Positions 1-12,829 of a stretch of DNA of 64,000 nucleotides are shown here, one piece after another (within the stretch, counting starts at the first letter, position 1; every line of letters begins with the position of its first letter). Origin of the DNA: Mobula hypostoma (taxonomy: Eukaryota); NCBI RefSeq assembly GCF_963921235.1, contig NC_086097.1:203300001-203364000 (forward strand), read 5' to 3'. The position numbers and the translations under genes were made by a program. The notes beneath the pieces were generated by a model. It did not search any database. It was not told the DNA's origin and saw only the letters and a program-made list of their open reading frames with translations.

Positions 1-276
1 GCAGAAGAGATTTACTAAAATTATTTTAAGGCTAAGAGAAACTTTGGTATTGTGGATTGATTTTTTTAAAAAGTTGAGGTTTTCTTTGCAAATAAATGCT
101 GAAAGCTGTCTAAAATCAAGAATAATATTCACGGAATGAATGGAGATAGTTTTTTTCCCCATTACGGGGATAAATAGAGGGGAGACAAGGGGGAAAAAGT
201 GATTGGGAAATGAACCAAAAGTTAGCACAGTGAGAGGCAGGAGTGGAAATCACTGAAAGAAGTAATGGAAGCAGGT

Positions 277-1607
277 CCGACTCTGCCCACTCGGTGGCAC
301 TGGCGCCAATCATCATGAAGTTCTTTGAACGGCTGGTAATGGCACATATCAAAAACTCCATTCCTGCCGCACTGGACTCTTCAATATGCTCACCGGCAGA
401 ACCGCTTTAAGAAAAATGCCATAGCATTTGTCATGCTGCTAGCCCCTGACACACCTAGAAAACAAGGACATTTATGCCAGAATGCTGTTTCTGGATTTCA
501 GTTTGGCACTCAACACTATTGTTCCACAGACCTTGGTGAACAAACTCCTGTCTAAAGTACACCACTGTGTAAAAAGGGTGTTGGACTTCCTAACCACCAG
601 ACCCTCCCCATCATCCTCAATATGGATGCCTGCGCCCCCCCCCGAGCTGTGTGTTGAGCCTTTTGCTATACACTGTACTCATACATGACAGCACAACCAA
701 ATACCTGAGTAATCATATTGTGAAGTTCGATGATAACATGACAGTGGTGGGGCTCATCATCAACAACAATGAAATGGCCTGCAGAGATGAGTTGGAGAGC
801 TCAAGGTCTGCTGCCAGGCAAATAACTTCTTCCTCAATATTAACAGGACAAGGAAATGGTTATCAACTTCAGGAGAACTTGTACCACTCACACCCCTCTT
901 TACACCAGTGGCTCGGCAGTGGAAACTGCGAGCTGTTTCAATCTTCTGGGATTGTACATCTCACACAACTTCTCATGGTCCCAGAACATGTCCTGCACAA
1001 TCAGGAGAGCTCACCAAAGGTTCTGCACATCCATACTCGCGTCCTTCTTCAGATGCACATTAGAGAGCATCGTAACATGCTGCATCACTGCTTGGTACAG
1101 AAACTGCACTGCAGTGGACAGGAAGGCTCTGCAATGGGTAGTCAAAACTGGCCAAAGCATCACTGGGATCAGCCTACCTGCCATCAAGGACATGTATACA
1201 GAAAGGTAGTGGAAAAGAACCAGTCCCACCCACCCTGTTCATTGTCTGCCCCATATTTCATCAGGGAAGAGGCTACGTAGCGTTCACGCCAGGATCATCA
1301 GACTCAAAAAAGTTACTTTCCCCAAACAGTAAGGCTGATCAACACCTCCACTCACTAACCCACTCCACATCAGCTTTACTTTTTCATTTCCTGTCAGTCA
1401 CCTTATGTACAGACCCTCCTGTGCTTAGCATCATTTTATGGACATACAATAAATCTATCTATATAAGCTATTTTATGTATTTATATTTATTGTGTTCTTT
1501 ACCTTATTGCGTTTGTTTATGCTGCATCAGATCGGAAGTTACAATTATTTCGTTTTCCTCTACACCTGTGTACTAGAAATGTCATTAAACAACAGCATCT
1601 TGAATCT
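277..1607 (+). mobile_element. 5'-truncated, decayed Rex1/Babar-like non-LTR retrotransposon (RT and 3' end)
   Basis: Frameshifted RT fragments [38 protein letters not shown] and CTLESIVTCCITAWY..LQWVVKT. Ends in a CTTGAAT tail. A sister copy lies at 58470-59766. Confidence 0.8.
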
Positions 1608-1799
1608 CGCGTTCACAAGGGAGTTAGATGAATAATGGGATTTGTCGTGTTCCGGGGAGAGATTGTATTACTTTTATAAAGAGCTAGTACGGACTTAACA
1701 GAATCGAGTCCTTCGTGCTGCAGCTTTTCTGTTACTAATTTCGCAATATCAAGAGCGTCTTTATTTTAATTCATTCCTTGGGTGCGTGAATGGCTGGTC

Positions 1800-2480
1800 A
1801 GGCCTTTATTATCGCTCGTGTCCCGTTGCTATAAGACAACGTGAGCCGCTGCTGGTCCAATTCGATAAGGAAGTGCGTGCAGTTGGTGTATTTCAGTGGG
1901 CAGATCATGACTGACACCGGAGTACAGAATGGAAACTTGGCGAGCTTTCAACAACCGCAGCGGCGCAGGTGCTGAGCGGGGAGACTGGGAAGCCGGCCGC
2001 GCATGTGCACAACCGGCAGCCGGGCGGCGAACGTCGTGCGTCCAGGCTCCCGGCCCAGTGCGCAAGCGGGCGTCCCTCTGGTAACACGCACTGTCTGGAG
2101 TGTGCGCGCTGGTCACGTGAGGGCGGCGGTGGCGCCGGGTTCTTCGCGGGCTGCGATAAAGATGTCAGGCTGTCAAGGTGCGAGGGTAACGCGGGGTTTG
2201 GGGCAAGTGTTGAAGCGGCGCCGCGATGTTCAGCCAGGCTTTGCTTGTGAGTGGTTCGGCTTCCCCTCGCTTGCTGTCCTGTCAGGCCCGCCCGGCCTGG
2301 GGCGGGGAAGAGTTGTCAGACAGCCGAGCCGCGGCTGTGGCCAACAGTTCTGGCACCGGCTGCAGACAGGTGGAGAGTGGGGCTGCTGGTGATACGATGT
2401 CGGGTGGAAGTTTACAGGCCGTGACCCTGTTTGCTGATATTCATCGGTGAAAATGTGCAGGCCAATGTTAGGGGCCGGGT
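1800..2480 (+). promoter_or_regulatory. CpG island / promoter of UBE2V2, with E-box GTCACGTGA at 2112-2120
   Basis: Sharp rise in GC and CpG against a CpG-poor background. It contains the first coding exon. Confidence 0.85.
2162..2177 (+). CDS. UBE2V2: UBE2V2 exon 1 coding part (MSGCQ + 1 nt)
   Basis: aagATGTCAGGCTGTCAAG|gtgcga: 16 coding nt, phase 1, the same geometry I recall for human UBE2V2 exon 1. It joins exon 2 in frame (G+TT = Val). Confidence 0.75.
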
Positions 2481-3078
2481 TCCCTCTTGCAGGTGTATGC
2501 ATTTAATACACCAGTCCTTATCTATAATGTGTTTAGTTTATCACCTCAGTGGGCGACATTGTTTCCCTGCCTGCCTTTAAGCAATAACGAAATTTTTTTT
2601 TCGTTCTGTTGTTTTGCGTGTTGTAATGTTCTTTAGTATTGATCACGTTTACTGCAAAATATTGAAGTTAAATATTTGGGCTGTGATATATGTAATATTT
2701 TTCAAGTATATCTGTGTAAATGCGGAAGTAACTATTATATTTAGTAACACAAGCGTATTTTGCGATACTTTAAGTTGTTCACAGAAATCGCGAGTTTCTT
2801 AAAAGGATGTGTGTCGCGTATAATTCAATCGTAAACTACCTAATATGTGGATCGTGCAGGTACTGTATTTGCAGCGTTACCGGGTTCATGTAGAACATGC
2901 AGAACACAGGTATTCACAGAATAATGAAATTCAGTTGATTTATGTATGCATTCTAATAGACATCCTTTTATATAGTTTTATTTGCAGTAATGAGAGTAGT
3001 TATAGTTAGTAATGCCTGTTCAATGTAGCATCTATCTGATTTAGTTTACCTCTGCTCTGTTTCAGTGAAATATTTCAA

Positions 3079-5220
3079 ACATAGAACATAGATTTTCGTG
3101 ACATCATGTTGTGCCGACCTTTTAACCTACTCCAAGATTAATTTAACCCATCCCCCCACATGGCCCATCAATTTTCTGATGATCTGGATGCCTATCTAAA
3201 AGTCTCTTAAATGTCTCTAACAAAAATGCCAGCAGTACATTAGGTGCACTTTACCACTCTATGTAAAAATAAAACTATTTCTGATATCAGTCTCCCCTAT
3301 TCTTAGCTTCAACCACCTTAAAGTTATGTCCTTTCATATTACCACTGCTGTCCTGGGGAAAAGGCTCTAACAATCCAATTTGTCTTGTATGCCTCTATCA
3401 CGTCACCTCCCATCCTGCACTCCTAAGAGAAAAGCCCTAGTTCGCTTATCATATCCTCATAAGAGATCCTCTCTAATCCAGGCAGCATCGTGGTCTCCTC
3501 TGCTCCGCTAAAGCTTCCACATCCTTCCTATAATGAGGCAACTATAACAGAACACAATATTCCAAGTGTAGTCTACCCAGGGTTTTATAGAGATCTTCCT
3601 TCCCTTTCTCCTATGGTCCACTCTCCTCTCCTATCAGATTCTTTCCTTTCCAGCCCTTTATCTTTCGTACTCACCTGGCATCGCTTATCCTTTCTATTCT
3701 GTTATCTTCGCCCTTCCTTTCCAAACCTGAAGATGCTGCCTGGCCTGCAACGTTACGTTACTATTTACCTGGGCTGCGCACTTCACAAGGATTTTGAACT
3801 ATATTTTATTAACTTAATTGTTTTATATGCTGTGTGTGATATGTATTATGGGTACACTGTGGTCCAGAGGAATGTTGTTTTGTTTGGTTGTATATATGTA
3901 CAGTCAGATGGTAATAAACTTGAACATTACCTCATAGCTCTTGAACTCAGTCCCCTGACTAACGGAGGCGAAATCACGTTCTTACCAATCCTGTCAATTT
4001 ATGTGGAGGAACTTTGCAGGATTAATGACGTGAATCTCATGATTCCTCCACACTGCTAAGAAGCCTGTCAATAACCCTGCATTTTGCCTTCAAGTTTGAC
4101 CTTCTAAAGTGAATCACTTAACACTTTGCTGTGTTGAACTCCATCCACCACTTCTCAACCCAGCTCTGCATCCTATCAATGTCCCATTGTAACCTACGAC
4201 AACCTATACTATCCACAACGCCACTAACCTTTGTATCATCTGCAAACTTTCTAACCCACTCTTCACTTCTTCATCCAAGTCATTTATAAAGATCACAAAG
4301 AATAGGGGTCCTAGAACAGATCCCTGAAGAACACCTCTGGTCGCTGACCTCCAGGCAGAATAGGCTCCAACTGCAACCACTCTCTGCCTTCTCCAGACAA
4401 ACCAATCCCCAATTCTGAATCCACACAGTCAAGTTTGGCTGGATCCCATGCCTATTGACATTCTGAATGAGTCTATCATGGGGAACCTGGTTGAGTACCT
4501 TACTAAAATCCATATACTCCACAGCCACAGCCTGAGTTGTTTTCTTACTTTATTGAAGGAGTTAATCATGCCTGTGAGGCATGACCTCCTCTCAAAGCCG
4601 TGCTGACTATCCATAATTAGATAATGCCTTTCCAAGTGCTCTTGAATCCTGTTTCTTAAGAAATCTTCTTCAATAGTTTACCCACGACTGATGTTAAACT
4701 CACTGGTCTATAATCGCCAGGATTATCCTTATTACCTTTCTTGAACAAAGGAATAGTAGTTTTTCCCCCCTGCAATCTTCTGGTACTACTGTGGCCTGTG
4801 AGGACACAAAGATCATTGCCAAAGGTGCAGCAATCTCGTCCCCTCAATTTTCAGAACCTCAGTGTGTTGCAGCATATTACCCTGTTTTGTGCTAACCTCA
4901 CATTTGTCAAAGTCCTCTCATTGGTGAACACTGAAGCATTAAGGACCTCCTCTGACTCCAGGCACATTTTTCCTTTTGTCCTTGAACATCTGTTCCCATT
5001 GTGCACTCCCACGTTCCTACCTGATAGCATTATGTCATCTGCTTCTATCCCTGTCCAAAGCTAAAGGTCAGGGAGTTGTGGTCGCCGTCTGAAATGCTCA
5101 CGAAGAGATCTACCACCTGATCAGGTTCCTTACTTAGTACTATATGCAATGTAGCCTCTCTTCTCGTTGGCAGTCTACATAAAATTCTGTCTTATCCAAC
5201 TTTTTTACACTAAGAAAGTA
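3079..5220 (-). mobile_element. Decayed CR1-type LINE with nested small fragments (Penelope-like ~3597-3760, Rex1-like tail ~3760-3925)
   Basis: Minus-strand PLFKKGNKDNPGDYRPVSLTSVVGKLL, SQHGF and YMDFSK..VPH. CR1 3' end near 3079. Confidence 0.8.
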
Positions 5221-5959
5221 TTAAGGAACTGCACTTTTTAAATTCTGCCTTCCAATCTGTTCCTTGCTGTTGCTGTTGGGGGTCCTATAGAATTCTGGCA
5301 ATAGAGTTATTGCTCCCTATGGTATATGATTGCTCTCTATAGTTTCCTATATTTACCTGGTGAGAGGTAGGAAAGTTAACAAGAACTTAGTCTTGTATTT
5401 CTAGAGAGAATAGAAAAAATGGGCAAGTTAATGAAATTGTCATGACCTTTGTTTGGACACCACTTTAGGTATTGTGCATAGTTTTGGCTAGCAAATTGGA
5501 GAGAGAAGTAGAAACAACTACTGTGTGGCTTTTTTGACTTGAAGGTTTTCCTTCTATCAAGAAAGAGGAATTATGGAGAAACTGGCTAAAATATGACAGT
5601 TTCCAATGTGTTACCATTGCTCATCCACTGTATGGTGACTTAAGTTGTGATTCTATCCAAAGGGTCCAAATCCAATCCCAGTACAGAGTGGAGTTGAACA
5701 TCACTATACTGACCTTCTCAATCCACCTTACTGCAGTATACAACTTGCCTCGAACCAATTTCAATTTGACATGGATTTGATCTATAGGACAGCTTATACA
5801 TAGAGAAATGCCAAGGTTGTATGCTCAAGCCTCACCTAAAACATTCATGGTTTTGGTGGCAGTTTCGGGTGCCATTGAGTGACTCTCAAACTGAATATTT
5901 ATTTCAGATGTTTTATTTCTTTTAAGATGGCATAGTCATGCAACAAATAGATTTAGTAC

Positions 5960-6215
5960 CTCACTGTACCGTGAATTTAATCCTGTCTGTGTTATTTCTG
6001 CAAAGGTTTCCTCTGATTGTTCCTACATCCCAGAGGTAATGTGGGTTGGTCAGTTCATTGGTAACTGCAAGATGTCCCTCGAATGTAGATGAGTGGTAAA
6101 ATCTGGGGAAAGATGATAAGTATATGGGGATAATAAAATTAGTGTAAAGAGATGTTGGTTGGGTATGGGCTGGGTGAACTGAGGGGCCTGTTTCCATGCT
6201 ATATAGCTCTGTGAC
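5960..6215 (+). mobile_element. Decayed V-SINE/HE1-like SINE
   Basis: V-domain-like core (GGTTTCCTCTG..CCTACATCCC..GTAACTG) followed by the CR1-derived tail GGGCCTGTTTCCATGCT. A similar older copy lies at ~7850-8170. Confidence 0.5.
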
Positions 6216-7338
6216 TAATATATAATCAAACTCTTTTTCTGTTGCCTTCATAATAGCAGAAACAGATCCCCTGATCCCTCAAGCCTGCAAAATCTCATGT
6301 TTGATTTGCCAAGTCCTCAGCTCTTCTACGGCAGTTCGCTAAAGCTCTCAATTTCCCTGATATTTATATTAAAATCTCTTAGTAATCTAGTCTTCACAGC
6401 CATACAGAATAGAGAGTAACTGGAGATTCACCACCTTGAGAAGAAATTCCTGCAAGCCTCAATTTTAAGTGGCCATCTTGTTGTAATTGTCCTTTTGCTG
6501 GAGACTGTCCCATTAATGGAAACATCTCAACATTTATCTTGTCATGCTCATTTATACACATTTTTAAGTCAGGCTAATTTCATTTGCCTGCATCAAGTCT
6601 GTATCCTTGTGCTTTCTAAATGCCTCTTTAATATAGTAAAGTCAGAAACCTCCAGGTACAGATGGATCTTTTTTCATCTACCACGAAGATGGCCTTTACA
6701 ACTCCTTCCTCTCATCTTAAATCTATGCCCTATTGCTTTTGATGTCCTACCATAGGGTAGGTAGGCAGCATCTTTTTCCTATATCTCTTTTACAATTTTA
6801 TATACTTCTATAAGGTCACCCCTCAACAAACTCAGCCTATCCAATCTCTCCCCATAATTGAAGTCCTCCAGTCTGGGCAACATCCTACCAAATGACTTCT
6901 GTACACCCTCCATTGCAACCATATCTTTCTAGTGTGATGACTAGAACTGAACACAGTTCTCCACGTGCAACCCATGTAGAGTTTTATGAAGATGTAACAT
7001 GATAACTCAAGTTTTGTATTCTATTCTGTATGCTACCTTCCTTCAGATGTCTTCCTACGTTGCTACTTTCAGGAACTATGGATTGAATCCCATGATTTCT
7101 GTTCATCAACAATTCTCAGCACACTACTATTTACAGAAGGTGGCCAACCCCTGTTTGACTAAATATTTATCACTTAGATTGCATTGCTCAACTTTCCAGC
7201 TGATCAATATCCTTTTATAGCCTTGGGCAACTTTCCTTGCAAAGCACACCACCAACAGCTTTTGTTTCACCTGCAAAAATAAGTGCTTTTGACATTACCT
7301 TTTTTCATGCAATATCAGAAATCTTGGAATTGGTTTAA

Positions 7339-7512
<174 letters not shown>

Positions 7513-8917
7513 TAACTAACATAAAAATACCATTTTTGTTTTCCGAATGCTAAATCTTGGAGATACTTTTCCCTGGTTTCCCAGAGGGGTTGATGCAACA
7601 GGACTAAAGGGACACATTGAAAGTACATGAGAAGTCCCGAATATGCTTGTGTTCAGTTGTTAGATTGCACTTACCTTGAAATACTCCAAAAGGTTGTATG
7701 TTTTGAGAGCTTGTATACTCATCTTTGTACTTCAGTTGTTATAGCATGTTTTGTCCTTTGATTCTAATCCCACAGCTTTTATTAATGTCAGTCTTAGTGG
7801 TTAAAGGTTATATACACTAAATTGTTCTGAAAGTACAGTTCAGTGGCACTTTCTCAAACTGCTCCCTCAACTCCAGAGACCCATGTTGAGTCCAGATATC
7901 AGGTGTTGTCTGTATGTTTCACATATCTCTCTCTGAGACAGTATAGGTTTTTTTTTCTCCCGTGCTCCCTTATCCTGTTATATTTCAATCACGTATGCAC
8001 ATGTACATTGACTGGTGGTCTTTGTAAATTTCCCCTAGCTACTGCCTAAATGCTTATACATTTGTGGAAAGTTAGTGGGAGTGGGCCAGTAATAGATTAG
8101 TGTGATTAGATGAAAAATGGTCATTGCAGACCAAATGGGCTGCAGGGATTCTTTTGTCCTGTATGACTTCATGTTTATGTACAGTATATACAAGTATACT
8201 GTATTTGGTGATAGATCTTAATCCATCTTCAAGCTCTGAGTACCCACTGAACATTAGTAAGTGTGCTTTGAGTTCTTCCAGTCTGTCAATCCATTAGTTA
8301 TGTCCATGGAACCTTTACAAAGTATGCAATCCAGAAAAGACAGTCTGGGCAAATAGTGGGCTACAACTGGTGCCACAGAGTAATCTACGAGTTGCGTGTA
8401 GTGCAATTCCCATGTGACACACTTGGGTATCTTACTGGCACACTAAGCAGTATAGTTTTAATTTGATAACCGCTCGGTGCAACTGTTTTAGCTGAGGAAA
8501 GAAATCTTCTCCGATTACAGTTGACCACACATCAGCAGACTTGTACCTGTTGAGCTTATTTAATACTTTTTGCATATTGACTGTCTTTTGAGCTTGCAGA
8601 TTGGCAACAAATGGTTTTACAACTTCTATAATGCTGACCAGCCTATTGCAGGCAAATATTGCTAAGGTGGTCTTTTGGATGAGAAGCAGTGATTTAATGG
8701 GTGACTGAATTACAGGGTCAAGGAAAGATTGGCTCTTGTGCTTCTTCTCCTTTGAGAAGTTAATGTAGAATGGCAAAGTTTGAAAGTTGTTTCCAAACAA
8801 ATTAAAAATTAATGCCAATTAATTAATACTAGATTGGAGGTGATTGCTGAGATAATTCAAAAATCAACACTTGGTAAAATGCTTTGGCATTTTAAAATTT
8901 CTAATGTTTTTTTTCAG

Positions 8918-9043
8918 ACTTGCTTTGAAAACAGAATATACAGCCTGAAAATAGAGTGCGGAAGTAAATATCCAGAGGTAGCTCCAACAGTTAGATTTGT
9001 AACAAAAATAAATATGAATGGAATCAATAATTCCAATGGAATG
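8918..9043 (+). CDS. UBE2V2: UBE2V2 exon 3 ([42 protein letters not shown])
   Basis: Poly-T/cag acceptor, gtaagt donor, 126 nt, phase 0/0. GINNS is V2-like rather than V1-like. Confidence 0.97.
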
Positions 9044-9325
9044 GTAAGTGATCTGATATCTTATCTTTGTTTAATGGAATGTTGGAAGTGTAAGATCTTT
9101 ACAATTTGGCCTGCAATACTCAGCCATCAGACACCATCTGGAAGATTTCTTTACTTCCTCCTCAACTGTCTTGTTTAATGTTGGCACATTATTGTTGTCT
9201 AAAAACAACGATGGGCGGTCAACATATGTGTTTTTGCCCATAATAATTTGAAGCTCAGCTGTTAAGGATGTATGTCTAGTAAAGGTTAGCGTGACTTGGT
9301 ACAATTTTCTCCTTTAACTACGTTT

Positions 9326-11001
9326 GTAGACAACCCGGTGACCCGTTGGGGCACCCTTTTAGAGAAAGGTGGTGCAGTCAGATGTGATGTGCTTTGGAAA
9401 TTAAAGAAGAAAATCTCAGTTTATTAAAGAAGAAAGATGCATAGCAAGACAAACGTATCTGCTCCTCGTTTAACGAAGGATACTTTTGATGACAACATTT
9501 CTGGTTGATCTGCTACCCTTCAAGAATACTCTAATGTTTTCATTTCTTTGTCCCCGGCTTAAAACCACATACAGCTGACCATGCTGGAATACTGGTTTCT
9601 CCAAATAAATCAACACATTCTCTGTGGTTTGGCCTTGCGCCTTATGTATAGTTATAGCAAAGCATGACTGTATCATGCTTTGCTGAAGAGGGACACCTTC
9701 CCCTTATGATAAATTGGGAGTAATTCTTCGGTTCATGACAATGTCATTTTTGAACATACCAATGTTTATCTTTGCTATGATGAGATTGTCATGAAGTTCT
9801 TCCACCATCATTCGCGTTCCATTGTAAAGCCTTGGTGGATCCAAGTTCCTCATTGAAATGATGGGAGATCCCCTCTTCAATTCCAGTTTACGTGGTGGCA
9901 ATCCAGAGAGTTCGACTGAATCAAGGAATTACGTTGGAAAATGAGTGGCGTTAGCTCCTTCATTTACAGCATTGAAGTATTCTTTCATGATTCCAGGGAA
10001 GCGCCTAATGCATGTGAAGTTTATTTTTCGCATCATTTCATTGAGAGGAACTGAGATAGAATTCCTCGAGAACAGTTCTGCAGGATTGTCGAGTGTTGGG
10101 TAGATGAAATCAATGCATTCTTCCATAGTTTTTGCTGGCAGAATCATATCTTCAGGTAATTCAATTTCATCATTTTAATTTTTCTCAATCTTGTCTTCTC
10201 CAACATCCAATAAGAACTCAGAATATCGTCCTCCTTCCTCACTCAATGGCATGTTTTCTTCAATTGAAACTTGATGAAGCTTCTCCATAAGTAGGATTTT
10301 TTTATGCATGAATTCTCTACATCAGCATCATTTCTGCATTTCACAGCTGCTAGAAGCTGACGGAAATCGCCACAGCAAGTGGTTAAAATACACCTGAAGG
10401 CCTCATTCTTGCCATGTACATCATGAAGAGTCCGGTCCACGGCTTCAAAGCTCTCCCTCCTAATCATGGGGCACTCATCCTAGACAATAAGCCTCGCATT
10501 TTGGAGCAAATTTGCAGTATTGGTGTTTTTATCGATGTTACAAAGTCTTCATTGATTTTCGAGTGGTATTTTGAATCTTGAATGCGCTGTCCTACCACCA
10601 GGCATCAAATGTTGCTTCAATGCCTGATGATGCTACAGCAACTCGTTTGCAATAGGTTCATCGTTGCTGGATGTGGCTGGCACTCTCCTAAATGGAAGTG
10701 ATAGCCTGCCCTTTTGCTGTGGTTGGTGTCGCTCTGTAAGCATCGTGAGGCGCTTCTGAGGCTGGCCTTGCGCATGCGTCGCGGTGTCGCATTGCGGTTT
10801 CCATTAAGCTGGAATTGCCTTGGGTTGTGGAAAGCAGGCCTGTAGATTGACGAGTGAGCAATTTTATATGAATATATAACCCTAAACCCTAGCGCATTTT
10901 AAGTTTATTTAGTCAAAAAAGTGCCGCTGTAATGCACTGTTTGGACTAATTGGAGGTCACAAACATTCAAACAGAGCATGAGAATTTTAGTAGTATATAG
11001 A
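9326..11001 (-). mobile_element. Internally deleted Helitron retaining a pseudogenised PIF1 helicase C-terminal half
   Basis: Minus-strand motifs VASSGI..PGGRTAHSRFKIPL, FEAVDRTL..GDFRQLL, PPRKLELKRG..RNLDPPRLYNGTR and FAITIHKAQGQT..HGQLYVVLSR. 5' end A|TCTATATACTACTAAAA at 11001. 3' hairpin 9337-9355 followed by CTAC (degenerate CTAG). Confidence 0.9.
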
Positions 11002-11760
11002 TATGTGAAAATTCTATAGATTAGTTTCCTGAGATTGCTGAATTACTCAGCTAACTGTGCTTTGAGTAGGAGTTTCTGATTGTAAATTCCACAAAAATGT
11101 TTTGAGTCAGTTAAGCCAGCTGTAGAGTTTCAAGGAGATCTATAGTATTCGTATAAAACCTTTAAAATATTAATTTTAAAAATGTAAATTGTGTAATGCG
11201 GAAGCAAATCTACAGATTTGGTAAGTGAAACAAGACACACTGATTGCGAGTAAGCATGTTAGCTATTTATTTTCAAATAAACAGTGAAACACTCAACCAA
11301 GCATCAAAGTCAAACAAGTACTTATCTAAGCCCCCAAAATTACAAAACTGCAACACTAAACATTCAATAACACTTCAAACTCAAACAAGTATTTTGTGAA
11401 GTCCCGTCAAGTTACACAACTACGGCACTAAACATTCAGCAAATGGGTACTTACATTGCAGCACACTTTCCTAATGGTCCTTAAGCCCTGGTTGTGACCC
11501 AGTCTGAAGGGAAAAGAGAGTGAGTCTGTCGCACGCACTATTCTTGTACCCCTGGGGTGAACAGAGCCGGAAACCGATGCCATGGCGCAAAAGAAGGGAA
11601 CTGCTATATCATTCGAACAGGCCAATCAATGACCAGCACAAAATAATCAGCTTTCATCCTCTTGGAAGACATGGCACCTTGACACACGGCCCTCAGGCTA
11701 GTATAATCCCCGCGAATGCCCCACTAAACTACATATAAAACGCAAAGCTACAATACTAAG

Positions 11761-12488
11761 TGTAGCCCCCCGGTAAGCCTCAGGCTTGCTCAGCTCCCTT
11801 CCGTCTCTAGGGGGAGCAGCCTTCGGCCCCACCAAACTGGGTAATCAAGTTTGTGTGGATGCTGTGTGATGTACCCCACCCCGCCAAATAACAGACAATA
11901 CACCATATGCGATTAAATGATTACACTTTATAGATCTTAATGGAACTATGTAGTTAATAGAGATAAAAAATATAAATGGAAAATAAAAGGCGCCAAACTT
12001 ATTAAAGTTCAACCACTTCGTGAACACAGTTGGAGCTCAATTAATGGAGCCTTCTTTCCACCATTCGATCCCCTCCGACCCCCTCGACCTGCCCCTGGGT
12101 CCAACCATGGTGGTCGACCAGATACTCCACACGAGTCTGTCTTCATCTCTTCTCCTCGCCGAAAACCCTGGGCCTCGGACTCCAGCTCGAGGTCTGTCCC
12201 GCCGCCCAGGGTCACAGCATCGCGTCTCCTCTCTCTCTCTCCTCTCCCCATCGCACCTTCTGCCCCAAAGCCCCTAAAACACAATAGCTTACAGACACAC
12301 AAGAAAGAATAACATCTATCCCAATTGGTTCGTTCTCTCTCTTATCAGTAATATAACCCAAACAAGCAGAGAGAGAGAGAACTCCTTACATCGCAGTTAT
12401 TATTACAGAAAAGCCATTTTAATTATAACATAACAAAGAAGCTATTTTGTTAGCCTTCGCAGTAACATAAAAGAAGAAACCCCTTATA
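11761..12488 (-). mobile_element. Solo LTR (728 bp) nested in the ERV 3' LTR
   Basis: Termini TGTAG...CCTTATA (decayed TG..CA) with 4-bp TSD TAAG at 11757-11760 and 12489-12492. CpG-rich relative to flanks. Strand is tentative. Confidence 0.75.
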
Positions 12489-12601
12489 TAAGTACTATAA
12501 GCCAAATAGTCACCACACTGTACTACAGCAGTACCCCAACCTGCTAGCACCCCCAAAAGTTCAGAGAGTAATTACTATGGAACTGGTTCCCCACTTTCTT
12601 A

Positions 12602-12807
12602 ATTGTTGTTGTTCCCCTCCTTGCCCTGAGGCGCATCGGGTGGCAACCTTGCCATTTCTTTAGCATTTGTCTGTTTTTTACAAGGCCGAGTTACTAGCTC
12701 AACGGCCAACTGAGCACAGATGGAAAATGTGCAAGGAGCTGGCTAAATTCGAGCCCGGGGCCACTTGCCTCGAAACCCAGTGCAGACAGCACTACATCAC
12801 TGGTTGG
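12602..12807 (-). mobile_element. tRNA-derived SINE with (CAA)n tail
   Basis: A-box-like TGATGTAGTG and B-box-like GGCTCGAATT on the minus strand. 11-bp TSD CCACTTTCTTA at 12591-12601 and 12808-12818. Confidence 0.75.
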
Positions 12808-12829
12808 CCACTTTCTTAGTTTTATCTAC

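Noticed and set aside
1829..2502. Several overlapping GC-rich ORFs on both strands
   Set aside because: Stop-codon scarcity in a CpG island explains them. Only 16 nt fit the UBE2V2 gene model.
3490..4059. 189-aa ORF
   Set aside because: A chance frame across nested repeat fragments with no protein-like motifs.
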